In this document: in pieces, positions 1 through 9,765 of the stretch
How positions within the stretch are numbered: the stretch's first letter is position 1
How the letters are laid out: each line of letters begins with the position of its first letter
Source of the DNA: Bacteroidaceae bacterium
GTDB lineage: Bacteria > Bacteroidota > Bacteroidia > Bacteroidales > Bacteroidaceae
NCBI GenBank assembly: GCA_017650085.1
Contig: JAGCFN010000019.1
Span: 3,879-67,878, forward strand
Reading direction: 5' to 3'
DNA length: 64,000 nucleotides
The notes under the pieces: model-generated
What the model saw: only the letters and a program-made list of their open reading frames with translations
What the model was told of the DNA's origin: nothing
The model's database searches: none
Made by a program: the position numbers and the translations under genes

Positions 1-1380
1 TACGATGCCGACTACACTTTCGAGAACGGATGCTGGGAGCCTTCCTTCCTGGAACTGCCAAGCGGGGAACTTCAGTTGTACTTCGCAGACGAGAGTCCCT
101 ACACGAGCAGCGGCGAGCAACAGATTTCGCTCTGTCGCAGCCACGATGGCGGACTGACCTGGACATTGCCCCAACGCATCTCCTATCGCAGCGGATTCCG
201 TGACGGAATGCCTGTTCCCGTGTTGCTCAGCGACAACAAGAACATTGTGGTGGCCATCGAGGACAACGGATGGAGTGGGATTGGCGACTTCCTGCCAACC
301 ACAGTCCGCACAACGCTCTCCAACAACTGGAGGGGCAGCACCTTTGTGAGTGGAACCAGCAGTCAGCGGAATCGCAGCATCAACTACGACTACTGCCCCA
401 TTGCAAAGGGCGGAGCACCCTATCTCCGGGTGTTACCCAACGGCGAAACCGTACTCTCGCATCAGTCCACATACGGCGATGGCGACAACATGAAGATGTA
501 CACCTATGTCGGAAACAAGCAGGCAAAGGACTTCAAGGCAATGTCCAGACCCTTCTGGCAGGGCACCACAAAGGGCTGCTGGTGGAACTCGCTGGCAGTC
601 ATAGACACAGGCATCGTGGTGGCTGTGGGCGGACTGGACGGCAAGATCTGCATGGTGAAAGGCTATCCGATGAAGCAGTTCCAAGTGCCCTTCGCGTCGC
701 CCAAGGTGGATGGCCGGTTCAGTTCCTCGGAAGGCTATTACCACACCACTGCCAAGCAAGTCCCCATGGGGAGCGAGACAGGCACCTTCTCCTATGCCGA
801 CTTTGCCTACGACGCCGACAATCTCTACCTGAGCTGCCTCGTCTATCGCGGCAATGCACGCTCCAGTGAGCCCTACCCCGACGGCATATCCTTCTACATC
901 GAAAGCAAAGGGGCCAGCACAAATGTCCCGATGAACACATCCTACAGGTTCAACCTGTTGCCCGACGGCGCCTGTTCAGTCAGCAGAGGCAACGGCTCGG
1001 GATGGGAAGAGACCGGCATGGAAGTGCAGACTGCCAGCCAGGCCAACTCGTCGTACTATCGGCTCGAAATGGCCATTCCATGGGCTCGCATCGGGCTCAC
1101 AACGGTTCCCTTGGGGCAGAAACTGAGTGTCAACCTGGAAGTCATCACAGGCGACGGCACCAGCCAAGTCGTGGAGCGCATCCCGGACACATCCCCCACA
1201 AAGCCTGCAACGTGGGTTCTGCTGAACCTCATCGAGCCGGAAGACCCCTCTGGGATAGGCAAGATTGGGAAGACCAGACCTTCAGAAGGCAAGACCTACA
1301 ACCTGCTCGGGATGCAGGTTCCAGCCAACTCTCGTGGCATTTTTGTCGAAGACGGCAGGAAAATCATCTCGCTCCGGTAA
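1..1380 (+). CDS. BNR/Asp-box sialidase-like glycoside hydrolase with CBM9-like domain and T9SS C-terminal sorting domain (5' end outside window)
   Basis: Frame 1 is open from base 1 (YDADYTFENGCWEPS...). Asp-box SHDGGLTW. CBM9-like block (KVDGRF..FAYDADNLYL..YRLEMAIPWARIG). The last ~30 aa (KTYNLLGMQVPANSRGIFVEDGRKIISLR) look like a Bacteroidota T9SS CTD. Confidence 0.75.
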   Translation, partial: YDADYTFENGCWEPSFLELPSGELQLYFADESPYTSSGEQQISLCRSHDGGLTWTLPQRISYRSGFRDGMPVPVLLSDNKNIVVAIEDNGWSGIGDFLPTTVRTTLSNNWRGSTFVSGTSSQRNRSINYDYCPIAKGGAPYLRVLPNGETVLSHQSTYGDGDNMKMYTYVGNKQAKDFKAMSRPFWQGTTKGCWWNSLAVIDTGIVVAVGGLDGKICMVKGYPMKQFQVPFASPKVDGRFSSSEGYYHTTAKQVPMGSETGTFSYADFAYDADNLYLSCLVYRGNARSSEPYPDGISFYIESKGASTNVPMNTSYRFNLLPDGACSVSRGNGSGWEETGMEVQTASQANSSYYRLEMAIPWARIGLTTVPLGQKLSVNLEVITGDGTSQVVERIPDTSPTKPATWVLLNLIEPEDPSGIGKIGKTRPSEGKTYNLLGMQVPANSRGIFVEDGRKIISLR

Positions 1381-1461
1381 GCAGACAAAGCATCAGCCAC
1401 TCGCAGTCGCCTTTCAGGTCAACTATTTAATATATATTAAGAAAGTTTAACTTAAATTGCG

Positions 1462-1602
1462 TAAAGCGTTACACGTATCATATACGCAAAACACAGACCC
1501 CCTACAAGGGAAAAGAAATTCTATTATTATATTAATATAATAATAGACTTATATTTTTGGGAGGCGTTACATATTTTCGTATATGATACGTGTAACGCTT
1601 TA
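1462..1602. repeat. 141-bp nested palindrome downstream of DUF4248 copy 1
   Basis: Perfect 25-bp inverted arms: taaagcgttacacgtatcatatacg (1462..1486) and its reverse complement (1578..1602). They enclose a perfect 28-bp AT palindrome, tctattattatattaatataataataga (1520..1547). Confidence 0.95.
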
Positions 1603-1612
1603 AGCCACCACG

Positions 1613-1804
1613 CTATGCAACCTCGGCGTAGTCGATGCCGTATTCGTCACACACCCACTTCACAGCCCTGGGAGGGAGCATTTTGCTTTTTGGCTTCACG
1701 CCAAATTGTTCGAGGTGCGAATTATTCTCTTTGAGCCAGCGCCAAAAAGTTGTGCGGCTCACTCCTGCAGCGTCTGCAAGGTCGGATTTATACATGCTTT
1801 TCAT
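1613..1804 (-). CDS. DUF4248-like small helix-turn-helix protein (63 aa), copy 1
   Basis: 63-aa ORF MKSMYKSDLADAAGVSRTTFWRWLKE..LPPRAVKWVCDEYGIDYAEVA. About 59% identical (37/63 by eye) to the ORF at 35007..35198. A TAAATTTG -7 box lies 17 nt upstream. Confidence 0.8.
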   Translation of the reverse strand: MKSMYKSDLADAAGVSRTTFWRWLKENNSHLEQFGVKPKSKMLPPRAVKWVCDEYGIDYAEVA

Positions 1805-1820
1805 AGTCCTTATTTTTCTG

Positions 1821-1828
1821 CAAATTTA
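1821..1828 (-). promoter_or_regulatory. Bacteroidota -7 box TAAATTTG for DUF4248 copy 1
   Basis: Matches the TAnnTTTG consensus; 17 nt upstream of the ATG. Confidence 0.6.
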
Positions 1829-1913
1829 CGAAAAAATATTGGCATTTGCAAGTTTATTGTTATTTATCTTTTCAGATTGTTTCAGTGCGTTTCAACGCCT
1901 CGGAAAGATGTCG

Positions 1914-1921
1914 TACCTTTG
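1914..1921 (+). promoter_or_regulatory. orphan -7 box TACCTTTG directed into array A
   Basis: It lies within the 15-mer atgtcgtacctttgt, which is identical at 35397..35411. The next CDS (2308) has its own box at 2256. Confidence 0.5.
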
Positions 1922-2013
1922 TGCTGGATTTAGGAATCCATCACGAGTCTGCTTTCGCTCGGGATAGCAAATCCGCGGCTTGCTCTCCTCTCGCTAAAAC
2001 GCAGACTTGTAGC

Positions 2014-2142
2014 GTGATTCAAAACATCACACGTGAAAGTGGCCAATTTCACACGTGAAGTTTGCAAATTACAAACGTGACGATGCGAAACGTAACACTA
2101 TACGAAGGCCAACGTAACACTATACAATCGCAATCGTAAAAG
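2014..2142. repeat. 22-bp quasi-palindromic tandem array A (about 6 units)
   Basis: Units: gtgattcaaaacatcacac / gtgaaagtggccaatttcacac / gtgaagtttgcaaattacaaac / gtgacgatgcgaaacgtaacac / tatacgaaggccaacgtaacac / tatacaatcgcaatcgtaaaag. Confidence 0.9.
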
Positions 2143-2255
2143 CCAGAGATGCTAAACTTAAAACCAACCCCTAAACACTAAACCACCTTGCGCAGACTCC
2201 GTCTGTTCTGAACAAAATTTCTTCCGTATTTCTTTGCAGGTAAGAGAGATTTTCG

Positions 2256-2263
2256 TATTTTTG
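2256..2263 (+). promoter_or_regulatory. -7 box TATTTTTG for CDS 2308
   Basis: TAnnTTTG match 45 nt upstream of the ATG. Confidence 0.5.
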
Positions 2264-2307
2264 CACCAGAAAACCAACCGGATTATTAACTAAACAAAAG
2301 AACAAGC

Positions 2308-3252
2308 ATGAAAAAGATTCTATTCTCCCTAATGTTGCTTTGCTGCGCCATTGCGGGCAAAAGTCAGAGCGATGTGTACACTGCGACTCTACAGCACGGC
2401 GACGAAGTGAAGGTCTTCCATGGCACAAGTGCGCTCAGCCAGGCCGTTGGAGCGGCAGAGGATGGTGATGCCATCAACCTGTCTGCTGGCAATTTCAGCG
2501 GAGTGAATATAACCAAGGCAGTGAGTGTTTATGGTGCCGGTTTCGAGGAAGACGAAGCGACGGGCACGTATGTCACACTAGTGACTAGCGCACTGTCGAT
2601 CAACAGTTCCAACGTACGTCTGGAAGGACTGCGTGTGAATGGTGGCATAAACTTTGGGGCGGTAAGTGACATTCTCATTACGAAATGCTACTGGGGCGGT
2701 TCCTCTTTTTACAATCCGGCATCTGTGATAGAGATTTCCAAGTGTGTAATCATCGGCGCTTTCGATTGTAAAAGCCAAAACATACAAGGCTTACGGGTAC
2801 TCAACAGCGTGATAGGTGCAGTAAGAAACGTGACCATTGACAGCCGTGTGCAGGTTGACCACTGCATGGTCTACGAAGACTACGGCGGAGCTTTGCTCTA
2901 TACGAACTCCCTGCTGGTAAACGGCTATGTGGGCAGTTCTGCAATTGCAGAGAACAGTACTGTCCACAATTGTGTCATCATAAGCAATATCCCCGCCAAC
3001 CGTGTTGTGGAAAACTGCTATGTGGTGCCCTTGGCGGAAATATTTGCCGATGGAGAGAACTACAACTACTCTCCAGAACGCACCTACGAGCTGAAACAGC
3101 CAGAAGTGTGGATCGGTACCGACGGCACACAATGCGGACTCCATGGCGGCGATGGCTGGAGCAAAGTCCCCGCAACTCCGGTCCTCAAGAACATGACAGT
3201 GGAGGTGGATGGCTCGACTCTGAAGGTTAACTATGAGGCTCAGACGAGATAG
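2308..3252 (+). CDS. secreted hypothetical protein (signal peptide; possible beta-helix fold)
   Basis: ATG start with signal peptide MKKILFSLMLLCCAIAGKSQS. A TATTTTTG -7 box lies at 2256. No catalytic motif recognised. Confidence 0.7.
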   Translation: MKKILFSLMLLCCAIAGKSQSDVYTATLQHGDEVKVFHGTSALSQAVGAAEDGDAINLSAGNFSGVNITKAVSVYGAGFEEDEATGTYVTLVTSALSINSSNVRLEGLRVNGGINFGAVSDILITKCYWGGSSFYNPASVIEISKCVIIGAFDCKSQNIQGLRVLNSVIGAVRNVTIDSRVQVDHCMVYEDYGGALLYTNSLLVNGYVGSSAIAENSTVHNCVIISNIPANRVVENCYVVPLAEIFADGENYNYSPERTYELKQPEVWIGTDGTQCGLHGGDGWSKVPATPVLKNMTVEVDGSTLKVNYEAQTR

Positions 3253-3273
3253 AATGACTAACAAGCAAACGAC

Positions 3274-4683
3274 ATGACTGTAAGAATTAGATATTTATCT
3301 GTTGCGGCCGTGTTAGCGATATGCTCGTCTGCGCTTGCACAGAAAACCGTTGAACGCCAGGAATACTGGATAGACGGCGATGTGGCAGGCAGCACAACGA
3401 TTGCTCCGGGAGCACAGATTGACCTGACGGGGCAGAATGTCGGGCCGCATACCCTGACCGTTCGCATCTGCGATAGCGAGGGAGTGTGGAGCAGTCCTGT
3501 GACGCGTTACTTCGTGAAGGCTTCGGTTCCAGGCACTTCCGCCACAACTATTGCTCAATGCGAGTATTGGATAGACGGCAAGGTGGATGAGCGCCAAACC
3601 ATTTCCGATGGGGCTATAATCCCCATGGACGACCTGCCTGTAGGTCCGCACACCATAACGGTCCGCACAAAGGACGACCTCAATGTGTGGAGCGCTCCCG
3701 TCACCCGTTACTTCATAAAAGCTTCGGTTCCAGGCCCTTCTGCTACAACTATCGCTCAATGCGAGTATTGGATAGACGGCAAGGTGGATGAGCGCCAAGC
3801 CATTTCCGACGGGGCTATAATCCCCATGGACGACCTGCCTGTAGGTCCGCACACCATAACGGTTCGCACAAAGGACGACCTCAATGTGTGGAGCAGTCCC
3901 GTCACCCGCTACTTCGTGAAAGCTTCGGTTCCAGGCCCTTCTGCCACAACTATCGTTCAATGCGAGTATTGGATAGACGGCAAGGCCGACGAGCGTCAGA
4001 GCATTTCCGACGGAGCAATAATCCCCATGGACGACCTGATTGTAGGTCCGCACACCATAACGGTTCGCACAAAAGACGACCTCGGTGTGTGGAGCAGTCC
4101 CGTCACCCGCTACTTCGTGAAAGGCTCCACCCCCTCAGCACCCGCTACGACCATTGCTCTGTGCGAATACTGGTTCGACGGTAACACGGCCGAGCGAAAG
4201 AAAGTGGAAGACTGTGGCGAACTGGTGCTCGAGAATCTCGACCCAGGCGTACACACTATCACCGTTCGCTCGAAGGACAACCTGAATGTGTGGAGCAGTC
4301 CCGTGACGCGATACTTTGTCATTACGGGTCAGAAGGCTCCGGCAGAGATAACCCAATGCGTCTACTGGTTCGACAACGATGCAGAACACACATACACCGC
4401 GCCTCTGAGCGGAAGTGAAGGTATGGCCGAGATATCCGTCTTCGGCATGTTGGCGGTAGGCGAGCACACCATCACATGGGCCGTTGTCGACTCGGAAGGC
4501 CGCATGAGCAACACCATGACGGAGAAATTCTACATCATTGTGGATGGAATGAAGACCATTGACAACGGACAGTTGAGAATTGACGACGACTCGTGGTACA
4601 CGCTTTCGGGTGTGAAACTGAACGCCAAACCCACCGAAACAGGCATTTACATCTGGAAGGGTAAGAAAGTGATACTCAAGTAA
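3274..4683 (+). CDS. T9SS-sorted surface protein built from six ~67-aa tandem modules
   Basis: Signal peptide MTVRIRYLSVAAVLAICSSALAQ. Repeated module ..CEYWIDGK..GPHTITVRTKDDLNVWSSPVTRYF... C-terminal YTLSGVKLNAKPTETGIYIWKGKKVILK is T9SS-CTD-like. Confidence 0.8.
   Translation: MTVRIRYLSVAAVLAICSSALAQKTVERQEYWIDGDVAGSTTIAPGAQIDLTGQNVGPHTLTVRICDSEGVWSSPVTRYFVKASVPGTSATTIAQCEYWIDGKVDERQTISDGAIIPMDDLPVGPHTITVRTKDDLNVWSAPVTRYFIKASVPGPSATTIAQCEYWIDGKVDERQAISDGAIIPMDDLPVGPHTITVRTKDDLNVWSSPVTRYFVKASVPGPSATTIVQCEYWIDGKADERQSISDGAIIPMDDLIVGPHTITVRTKDDLGVWSSPVTRYFVKGSTPSAPATTIALCEYWFDGNTAERKKVEDCGELVLENLDPGVHTITVRSKDNLNVWSSPVTRYFVITGQKAPAEITQCVYWFDNDAEHTYTAPLSGSEGMAEISVFGMLAVGEHTITWAVVDSEGRMSNTMTEKFYIIVDGMKTIDNGQLRIDDDSWYTLSGVKLNAKPTETGIYIWKGKKVILK
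3541..4143 (+). repeat. three near-identical 201-bp (67-codon) tandem repeats inside CDS 3274..4683
   Basis: Copies start at 3541, 3742 and 3943. The landmark gcttcggttcc recurs at 3520, 3721 and 3922. Diverged copies flank them on both sides. Confidence 0.9.
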
Positions 4684-4690
4684 GAAATCC

Positions 4691-4718
4691 AGAGGCGTTA
4701 CCGGTTGGCAGCGCCTCT
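4691..4718. terminator. hairpin between convergent genes (3274..4683 and lolD)
   Basis: Stem agaggcg / cgcctct with a 14-nt loop, then a short TTT. Weak. Confidence 0.4.
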
Positions 4719-4723
4719 TTGCA

Positions 4724-5377
4724 TTACTCTACAATCTGGCCGTCCTTCATGGAGATTTTCCGGTCAGCAAGGTCAGCCAGTTGTTCGTCGTGAGTGACAA
4801 TGACAAAGGTCTGCCCCATCTGGTCGCGAAGGTCAAAGAAGAGGCGATGCAACTCCTGCTTGTTCTGCGTGTCGAGCGAACCGCTCGGCTCGTCGGCGAA
4901 CACCACATCGGGCTTGTTGACGAGTGCACGGGCAACTGCAACCCTCTGTTTCTCACCTCCGGAAAGCTCGTTTGGCTTGTGCGAAGCACGGTCCGAAAGT
5001 CCCATGAATGCGAGGAGTTCCTCTGCACGACGCTTTGCCTCTTTCCTCGATGTGCCCCCGATGAGGGCCGGCATCATGACATTCTCGAGCGCAGTGAACT
5101 CGGGGAGGAGCTGATGGAACTGGAAGACAAAGCCCATGTGCTTATTGCGGAAGGCGGAACGCTTGGCATCACCGAGTTTGCTGACATCGATTCCGTCGAT
5201 GATGACACTGCCACTGTCAGCCTTATCGAGTGTGCCCATTATCTGCAGGAGGGTGGTCTTGCCTGCTCCACTCGGCCCGACAATGCTGACGATTTTGCCT
5301 TTTTCAATGTCCAAATCAATGCCCTTCAGCACTTCCAGGCTGCCAAAACTCTTCTTTATGTTGCGGATTTCTATCAT
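4724..5377 (-). CDS. lolD: ABC transporter ATP-binding protein, LolD-like
   Basis: Walker [10 protein letters not shown], signature LSGGEKQR, Walker [10 protein letters not shown] prefer the ATG at 5377 ([12 protein letters not shown]), which sits 1 nt after the upstream stop. The track ORF starts at a TTG at 5422. Confidence 0.9.
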   Translation of the reverse strand: MIEIRNIKKSFGSLEVLKGIDLDIEKGKIVSIVGPSGAGKTTLLQIMGTLDKADSGSVIIDGIDVSKLGDAKRSAFRNKHMGFVFQFHQLLPEFTALENVMMPALIGGTSRKEAKRRAEELLAFMGLSDRASHKPNELSGGEKQRVAVARALVNKPDVVFADEPSGSLDTQNKQELHRLFFDLRDQMGQTFVIVTHDEQLADLADRKISMKDGQIVE

Positions 5378-5378
5378 T

Positions 5379-7493
5379 TTATTGTCTGTAAAGGATTTTT
5401 CTGCGATTTCCATTTGTGTCAACTACAATGTAGATGCCCCCTGAAGGATGCTCCACGATTCGCCCCTGGAGGTCGTAGATGCGCTCTTTTCCTTTGGGAT
5501 GGGCGGAGGGAGAACCCATTCCGTCGTAATGCGACTTGAGGTACTTCAGCCCCGCCTCTGCATCTATTTCACCATAGCCGTAGTCGTTATTGGGGTATGC
5601 GAGCAAGGGGTCGTGGCGGTGACAAGTGGCTTCGAATGCCGCGATGACCTGTTCGTGAGTCAAGGTGGGGATTGCCTCGAGCCATTGCGCTATGATGCCA
5701 GCCACGATGGGGCATGCCATGCTGGTCCCTCTCTGCGAAGACCATCTGTACTCACGCCCCCGGAAGGTGGACATGGCGACATCGAAGTCGGTCATGTAGT
5801 CACCCGGATTCATCTCGGAATAGTAACTGTTGAAAGCCGCGACAATGTTTGTGCCTGGAGCAAGGACATCGGGCTTGACAAGACCTGCCAGCGTTGGTCC
5901 TCTGCTACTATAGGTCGCGACCTCTCCGTCGCTGCCCCTGTCGTAGCTCATGTAAGCGCCTTTCAGGTTGTAGAAGCCTTTCCTGTAGGAGGTGGCGCCA
6001 ACGCAAATGACATTGGGGTCTGTGGCAGGATAGAGGATATTGTGCGACTTCTGGGCATCCTGATAGTCGGGATATGAAGATTGATTCACGAGCCAACCTA
6101 TCTCCTGGAACGCCTCCACTTCTGCTTCTTCACCGCTGATGGACATTCCCATCTGCACAGAACTGAGCACACCACCGCCTATCTTCTTGATCACAACATC
6201 TGTGACAAGCTGAGTGGAATCGTAGCAGGAGGGATAACTGCCAAACCGAAGTTCGAATGTCAGGCTCCCCGCTTTGATGGTATCCACGAGGAGGCTGTCC
6301 TCTGTGGCAAGGATTTCATCCAAAGGGACTTCCCTGCTGGAGAACTTCTCTGTGGGAGAGCCCATGAAATCTATGCTGACCGCAAAGTCTCCACGACTCC
6401 GCAACATCATATACGTAGTGGAACCCGTGGGCAGAATGAGTGCCGCAACCCGTTGCTTCCCCACAGGTTTGTGCAGATATGTCCCGTAGTTGCTCTGATT
6501 GCCCGCAGCCGTACAGATGAGACGCCCAGGCCGAACCAGACTGTCGAGCACAGTGCTGTAAAGTTGCGCCTCGCCCCACAAGTCCTCGTGCGAGCCTTCG
6601 CTGAAACTGATGACACAAGGCTTGTTCACCCTGTCCGCATACCGGAAGATGTATTCAAAGCCAAGCAGGTCGACTGCGGAACCATAGAAGTCCCAAAGGC
6701 TATCGGGAATAAGTTCCTTGTCATCCGTTACTGCATTGGAGACGAGACATAAATCTGCGTCTGGGGCCATACCCATGTAGGGCGAATCATAACCGCTCCC
6801 TGCAGCCGTGCTGGCAGTATGAGTGCCATGAAACTGCAGTCGGCTGTCCGTAGAACAAGCCTTTGCGAGGATACTCTTGCTTGTCGTATAGGAAGTTCCT
6901 ATGGGCAGATCCGACACTTCATCAGTTCCTTGTCCCTCATAATCAAGCATGTCCCAAAAAGAACGGATGCGATATGTGCTGAGGTCCCGGCTATAGAAAG
7001 AAGGATTGGTCAAGTCGAACCCGATATCCATCACACCCACCACAACACCTTTTCCAGTATAGGCGGAGCGATTGGGTGTGGCTGTGCGGAGCAAGTCAGA
7101 GCGTGTGATGATGGCAGAGGTGTCGGTCTGAGCCTCGCAAACCTTGCCGTTCTCGATGCGCAAGACTTCCTTCCGAAGCGAAAGAGGAGCCAGTTCTGCT
7201 TTAGGAATGCTGACTGCATAGATGTTCCCCCAATGTGAGAAGATGCGGCAATCGTGCCTGCCGAGCACTTCTTCGTCATTGGTCTGGACAAGAGTAAGCA
7301 TCCGACGAGGGTTCTTTTCCCTGACCTTTGTTCTTTGAGTCACATTTCCAGTCTCCTGTTGCAAGACTTCATACCTGACCATAGGCGACATCTTGTCGAA
7401 TCTGGGGCGTTGTGCCTCGGCCAAGAAAGGCAGAAGAACTGCCAACAAGACAACTGTCGAGCGACGGGCCGTGAAGAACAATCTTCGAATCAA
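5379..7493 (-). CDS. alternative model: S8 family peptidase (T9SS cargo) translated as its own cistron from TTG 7493
   Basis: An in-frame TTG (7493..7491) or ATT immediately precedes the signal-peptide-like segment. The first ATG (..DKMSPM..) lies after that segment and would delete it. Confidence 0.35.
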   Translation of the reverse strand: MIRRLFFTARRSTVVLLAVLLPFLAEAQRPRFDKMSPMVRYEVLQQETGNVTQRTKVREKNPRRMLTLVQTNDEEVLGRHDCRIFSHWGNIYAVSIPKAELAPLSLRKEVLRIENGKVCEAQTDTSAIITRSDLLRTATPNRSAYTGKGVVVGVMDIGFDLTNPSFYSRDLSTYRIRSFWDMLDYEGQGTDEVSDLPIGTSYTTSKSILAKACSTDSRLQFHGTHTASTAAGSGYDSPYMGMAPDADLCLVSNAVTDDKELIPDSLWDFYGSAVDLLGFEYIFRYADRVNKPCVISFSEGSHEDLWGEAQLYSTVLDSLVRPGRLICTAAGNQSNYGTYLHKPVGKQRVAALILPTGSTTYMMLRSRGDFAVSIDFMGSPTEKFSSREVPLDEILATEDSLLVDTIKAGSLTFELRFGSYPSCYDSTQLVTDVVIKKIGGGVLSSVQMGMSISGEEAEVEAFQEIGWLVNQSSYPDYQDAQKSHNILYPATDPNVICVGATSYRKGFYNLKGAYMSYDRGSDGEVATYSSRGPTLAGLVKPDVLAPGTNIVAAFNSYYSEMNPGDYMTDFDVAMSTFRGREYRWSSQRGTSMACPIVAGIIAQWLEAIPTLTHEQVIAAFEATCHRHDPLLAYPNNDYGYGEIDAEAGLKYLKSHYDGMGSPSAHPKGKERIYDLQGRIVEHPSGGIYIVVDTNGNRRKILYRQ

Positions 7494-9611
7494 AGCGCCG
7501 ATGGAGCGAGGCTGGCGCTGTACTGCAGTACCATTAGGAGTGAAGACCGAGATGCTTTCCTGCGGCTCTCCCCACTGGTCGGGGAACAACAACATGACAC
7601 TCGTATGACTGAAATAGCGATGAATGAGCAAAGGAAGTTCCTCGAATCTGTCTTGATACGAGATGAAGCCAGGCCTTGCCGTAACTGCGACAAGCATGCA
7701 ACTAAGGTCCATGTCGTGCCTCAAATTGAGGAACTGCATCCATCGGTTCATCTCGAAATAATGGGAGCGGACATGACTGTGCTTCTGCTCCATATAACCT
7801 TTTATATAAGGTAAGGTGTCGGCATGAGCGTGATACTCCAAATGACAGTCAAGCTCTTCACCTATCCTGCAGATATGCTCCAGCCATTTATAGAAGCCAA
7901 CTTCGTACTCGGCCTTCTGCGGGACGGCTATCACGACTCGACGAATCGTTCCAGGAGGCACGATGCTGCGAACCGCCATCACTTCTCTGTGACTGCCGCT
8001 CACCACATTATCTATGACAGTTCCCAGCGAAGACTTGGCCATGCCTGTGGTTCTGTCATTCAGGCAAACGATGACCTCGCCACAATCATACTCGCTCATT
8101 GTGTGCAAGATGCCTCCTGCGATATTTGTGCTCATACGGTTCAGGATAGCCATAGGAACATCAGCCGCGGCGGCAATCATTTGGGCTTTCTCGAGCATAT
8201 GACGCCCTTTCAGGTGACTGTTGTCGCTTGTCTGCTGCCCATTATCATAGGCAACACAAAGTCCCATCAGGCTATCGGGTATGAATGGGTTGCGAATGAG
8301 GATGGCGAGCTGAGTCATCACATCCACATTGTCCTCCTGACTGTAGGTTATCAGGCATTTGCCATGATAAGAACCCCTGTTGTCTTCGAGCGGCATATCG
8401 CTCAAAGCGAGTTGTTTGGCTCCTCTGTTTGTGGCAAAACCACTGACAATACAACTGATGAGGATGAGCATAACGGTACTTCCCAACACTTCATCGTTCA
8501 TGAGTTGGACATTTGGAGCAGTTCCTATGGTTACTATTGCGAGGGCTCCGGCAGCATGGGCATTGGTCAGGCCGAACATCAGCCACATACTGTTCCTGCC
8601 CTCTCCCATTGTCCAAGCCATGATGGCTGAGGCGATAAACTTGGAGAGCATTCCCGTCAGGACCATTACCGTGACCAGCCAAAGCATTTCAGGCCGCCTC
8701 ACCAGAATGCCCGGGTCGATTATCATGCCCACTCCTATCAGGAAATACGGGATGAAGAGGGCATTTCCGACAAACTCAAGACGAGACATCAACGGACTTG
8801 TCTTGGGGATGAGACGGTTGACTATCAAGCCTGCGAGGAACGCTCCGAGCAATCCCTCGAGCCCCACCATCTTCGCCAACGAAGCGCTCAGGAAGACGAG
8901 GGCCAAGATGAAGATGAACTGCATCACACCGTCCTCATACCTTCGCAGGAACCAGCGTCCCACTCTGGGAAAGACGAGAATGGCGAATGTGACATAGAGT
9001 GCGCACTTCAGGCCAAAGAGAATCCAGGTCACCCAACTCGTGTCAGGATTTTGTCCTCCCACCACAAAAGCCAAAACAAGCAGGGCGACAAAGAGAGCGA
9101 TGGCAGTTGCAACCACACTCACCACGACTGCCCTGTGCCGATTCAGGCCATAACGTCCTATAATCGGGTAAGTTACGAGAGTATGGCTGGCATAGATACA
9201 AGCCAGAAGAAGGCTTGTGGAGAGGCTGAATCCTAACAGCCAGACACTTGTCATAATGCCCAATACGAAGGGAATCGAGAAGGTGAGAATGCCGAAACGA
9301 AGTCCGCTCCGGCCATACAACTCCACACTCCCCATCTCCAGCTCCAAGCCAGCAAGGAACATTATATAATATATGCCGACTTGTCCGAAGAGTTCGAACG
9401 AGCTGTCATGGTCGAGAAGATTGAACCCGTACTGCCCTACCAGAATACCTGCGATGATGAGGCCTACGACTGGTGGAACCCTAAGTCTTCTGAACAAAAG
9501 AGGGGCAAACAAAATGATGGCCAGCACCACCGAGAAAATCCACGTGGGATCGGTGATGAGCGCAGTCGCAGGAACCGCTTGAAGGGTACTGAATGGCATC
9601 ATTTTGGGCAC
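5379..9611 (-). CDS. single uninterrupted frame encoding a CPA2-type cation:proton antiporter (N-terminal ~700 aa) followed by a complete S8 serine peptidase with T9SS CTD
   Basis: aa 1-~400 form a multi-TM Na+/H+-exchanger-like domain, followed by a ~300-aa soluble domain. aa 707-733 [28 protein letters not shown] is signal-peptide-like. The S8 triad contexts are VMDIGFD, HGTHTAS and GTSMACP. The C-terminal [33 protein letters not shown] is CTD-like. No stop codon occurs between the two parts. Confidence 0.7.
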   Translation of the reverse strand: MPKMMPFSTLQAVPATALITDPTWIFSVVLAIILFAPLLFRRLRVPPVVGLIIAGILVGQYGFNLLDHDSSFELFGQVGIYYIMFLAGLELEMGSVELYGRSGLRFGILTFSIPFVLGIMTSVWLLGFSLSTSLLLACIYASHTLVTYPIIGRYGLNRHRAVVVSVVATAIALFVALLVLAFVVGGQNPDTSWVTWILFGLKCALYVTFAILVFPRVGRWFLRRYEDGVMQFIFILALVFLSASLAKMVGLEGLLGAFLAGLIVNRLIPKTSPLMSRLEFVGNALFIPYFLIGVGMIIDPGILVRRPEMLWLVTVMVLTGMLSKFIASAIMAWTMGEGRNSMWLMFGLTNAHAAGALAIVTIGTAPNVQLMNDEVLGSTVMLILISCIVSGFATNRGAKQLALSDMPLEDNRGSYHGKCLITYSQEDNVDVMTQLAILIRNPFIPDSLMGLCVAYDNGQQTSDNSHLKGRHMLEKAQMIAAAADVPMAILNRMSTNIAGGILHTMSEYDCGEVIVCLNDRTTGMAKSSLGTVIDNVVSGSHREVMAVRSIVPPGTIRRVVIAVPQKAEYEVGFYKWLEHICRIGEELDCHLEYHAHADTLPYIKGYMEQKHSHVRSHYFEMNRWMQFLNLRHDMDLSCMLVAVTARPGFISYQDRFEELPLLIHRYFSHTSVMLLFPDQWGEPQESISVFTPNGTAVQRQPRSIGALIRRLFFTARRSTVVLLAVLLPFLAEAQRPRFDKMSPMVRYEVLQQETGNVTQRTKVREKNPRRMLTLVQTNDEEVLGRHDCRIFSHWGNIYAVSIPKAELAPLSLRKEVLRIENGKVCEAQTDTSAIITRSDLLRTATPNRSAYTGKGVVVGVMDIGFDLTNPSFYSRDLSTYRIRSFWDMLDYEGQGTDEVSDLPIGTSYTTSKSILAKACSTDSRLQFHGTHTASTAAGSGYDSPYMGMAPDADLCLVSNAVTDDKELIPDSLWDFYGSAVDLLGFEYIFRYADRVNKPCVISFSEGSHEDLWGEAQLYSTVLDSLVRPGRLICTAAGNQSNYGTYLHKPVGKQRVAALILPTGSTTYMMLRSRGDFAVSIDFMGSPTEKFSSREVPLDEILATEDSLLVDTIKAGSLTFELRFGSYPSCYDSTQLVTDVVIKKIGGGVLSSVQMGMSISGEEAEVEAFQEIGWLVNQSSYPDYQDAQKSHNILYPATDPNVICVGATSYRKGFYNLKGAYMSYDRGSDGEVATYSSRGPTLAGLVKPDVLAPGTNIVAAFNSYYSEMNPGDYMTDFDVAMSTFRGREYRWSSQRGTSMACPIVAGIIAQWLEAIPTLTHEQVIAAFEATCHRHDPLLAYPNNDYGYGEIDAEAGLKYLKSHYDGMGSPSAHPKGKERIYDLQGRIVEHPSGGIYIVVDTNGNRRKILYRQ

Positions 9612-9765
9612 TTTTGGGTATAATTCGGGACAAAGTTACGAAGAAAAGTTGAAAAATGAAAATCGAGAGTTGAAAATTTGCAATTGAAGGCAACTCCATA
9701 TACTATTATGCGACAAAGAATGCCGGGCTTCTGCCCGAAACAGGGGGACTTCCAAAACAAGGGCA

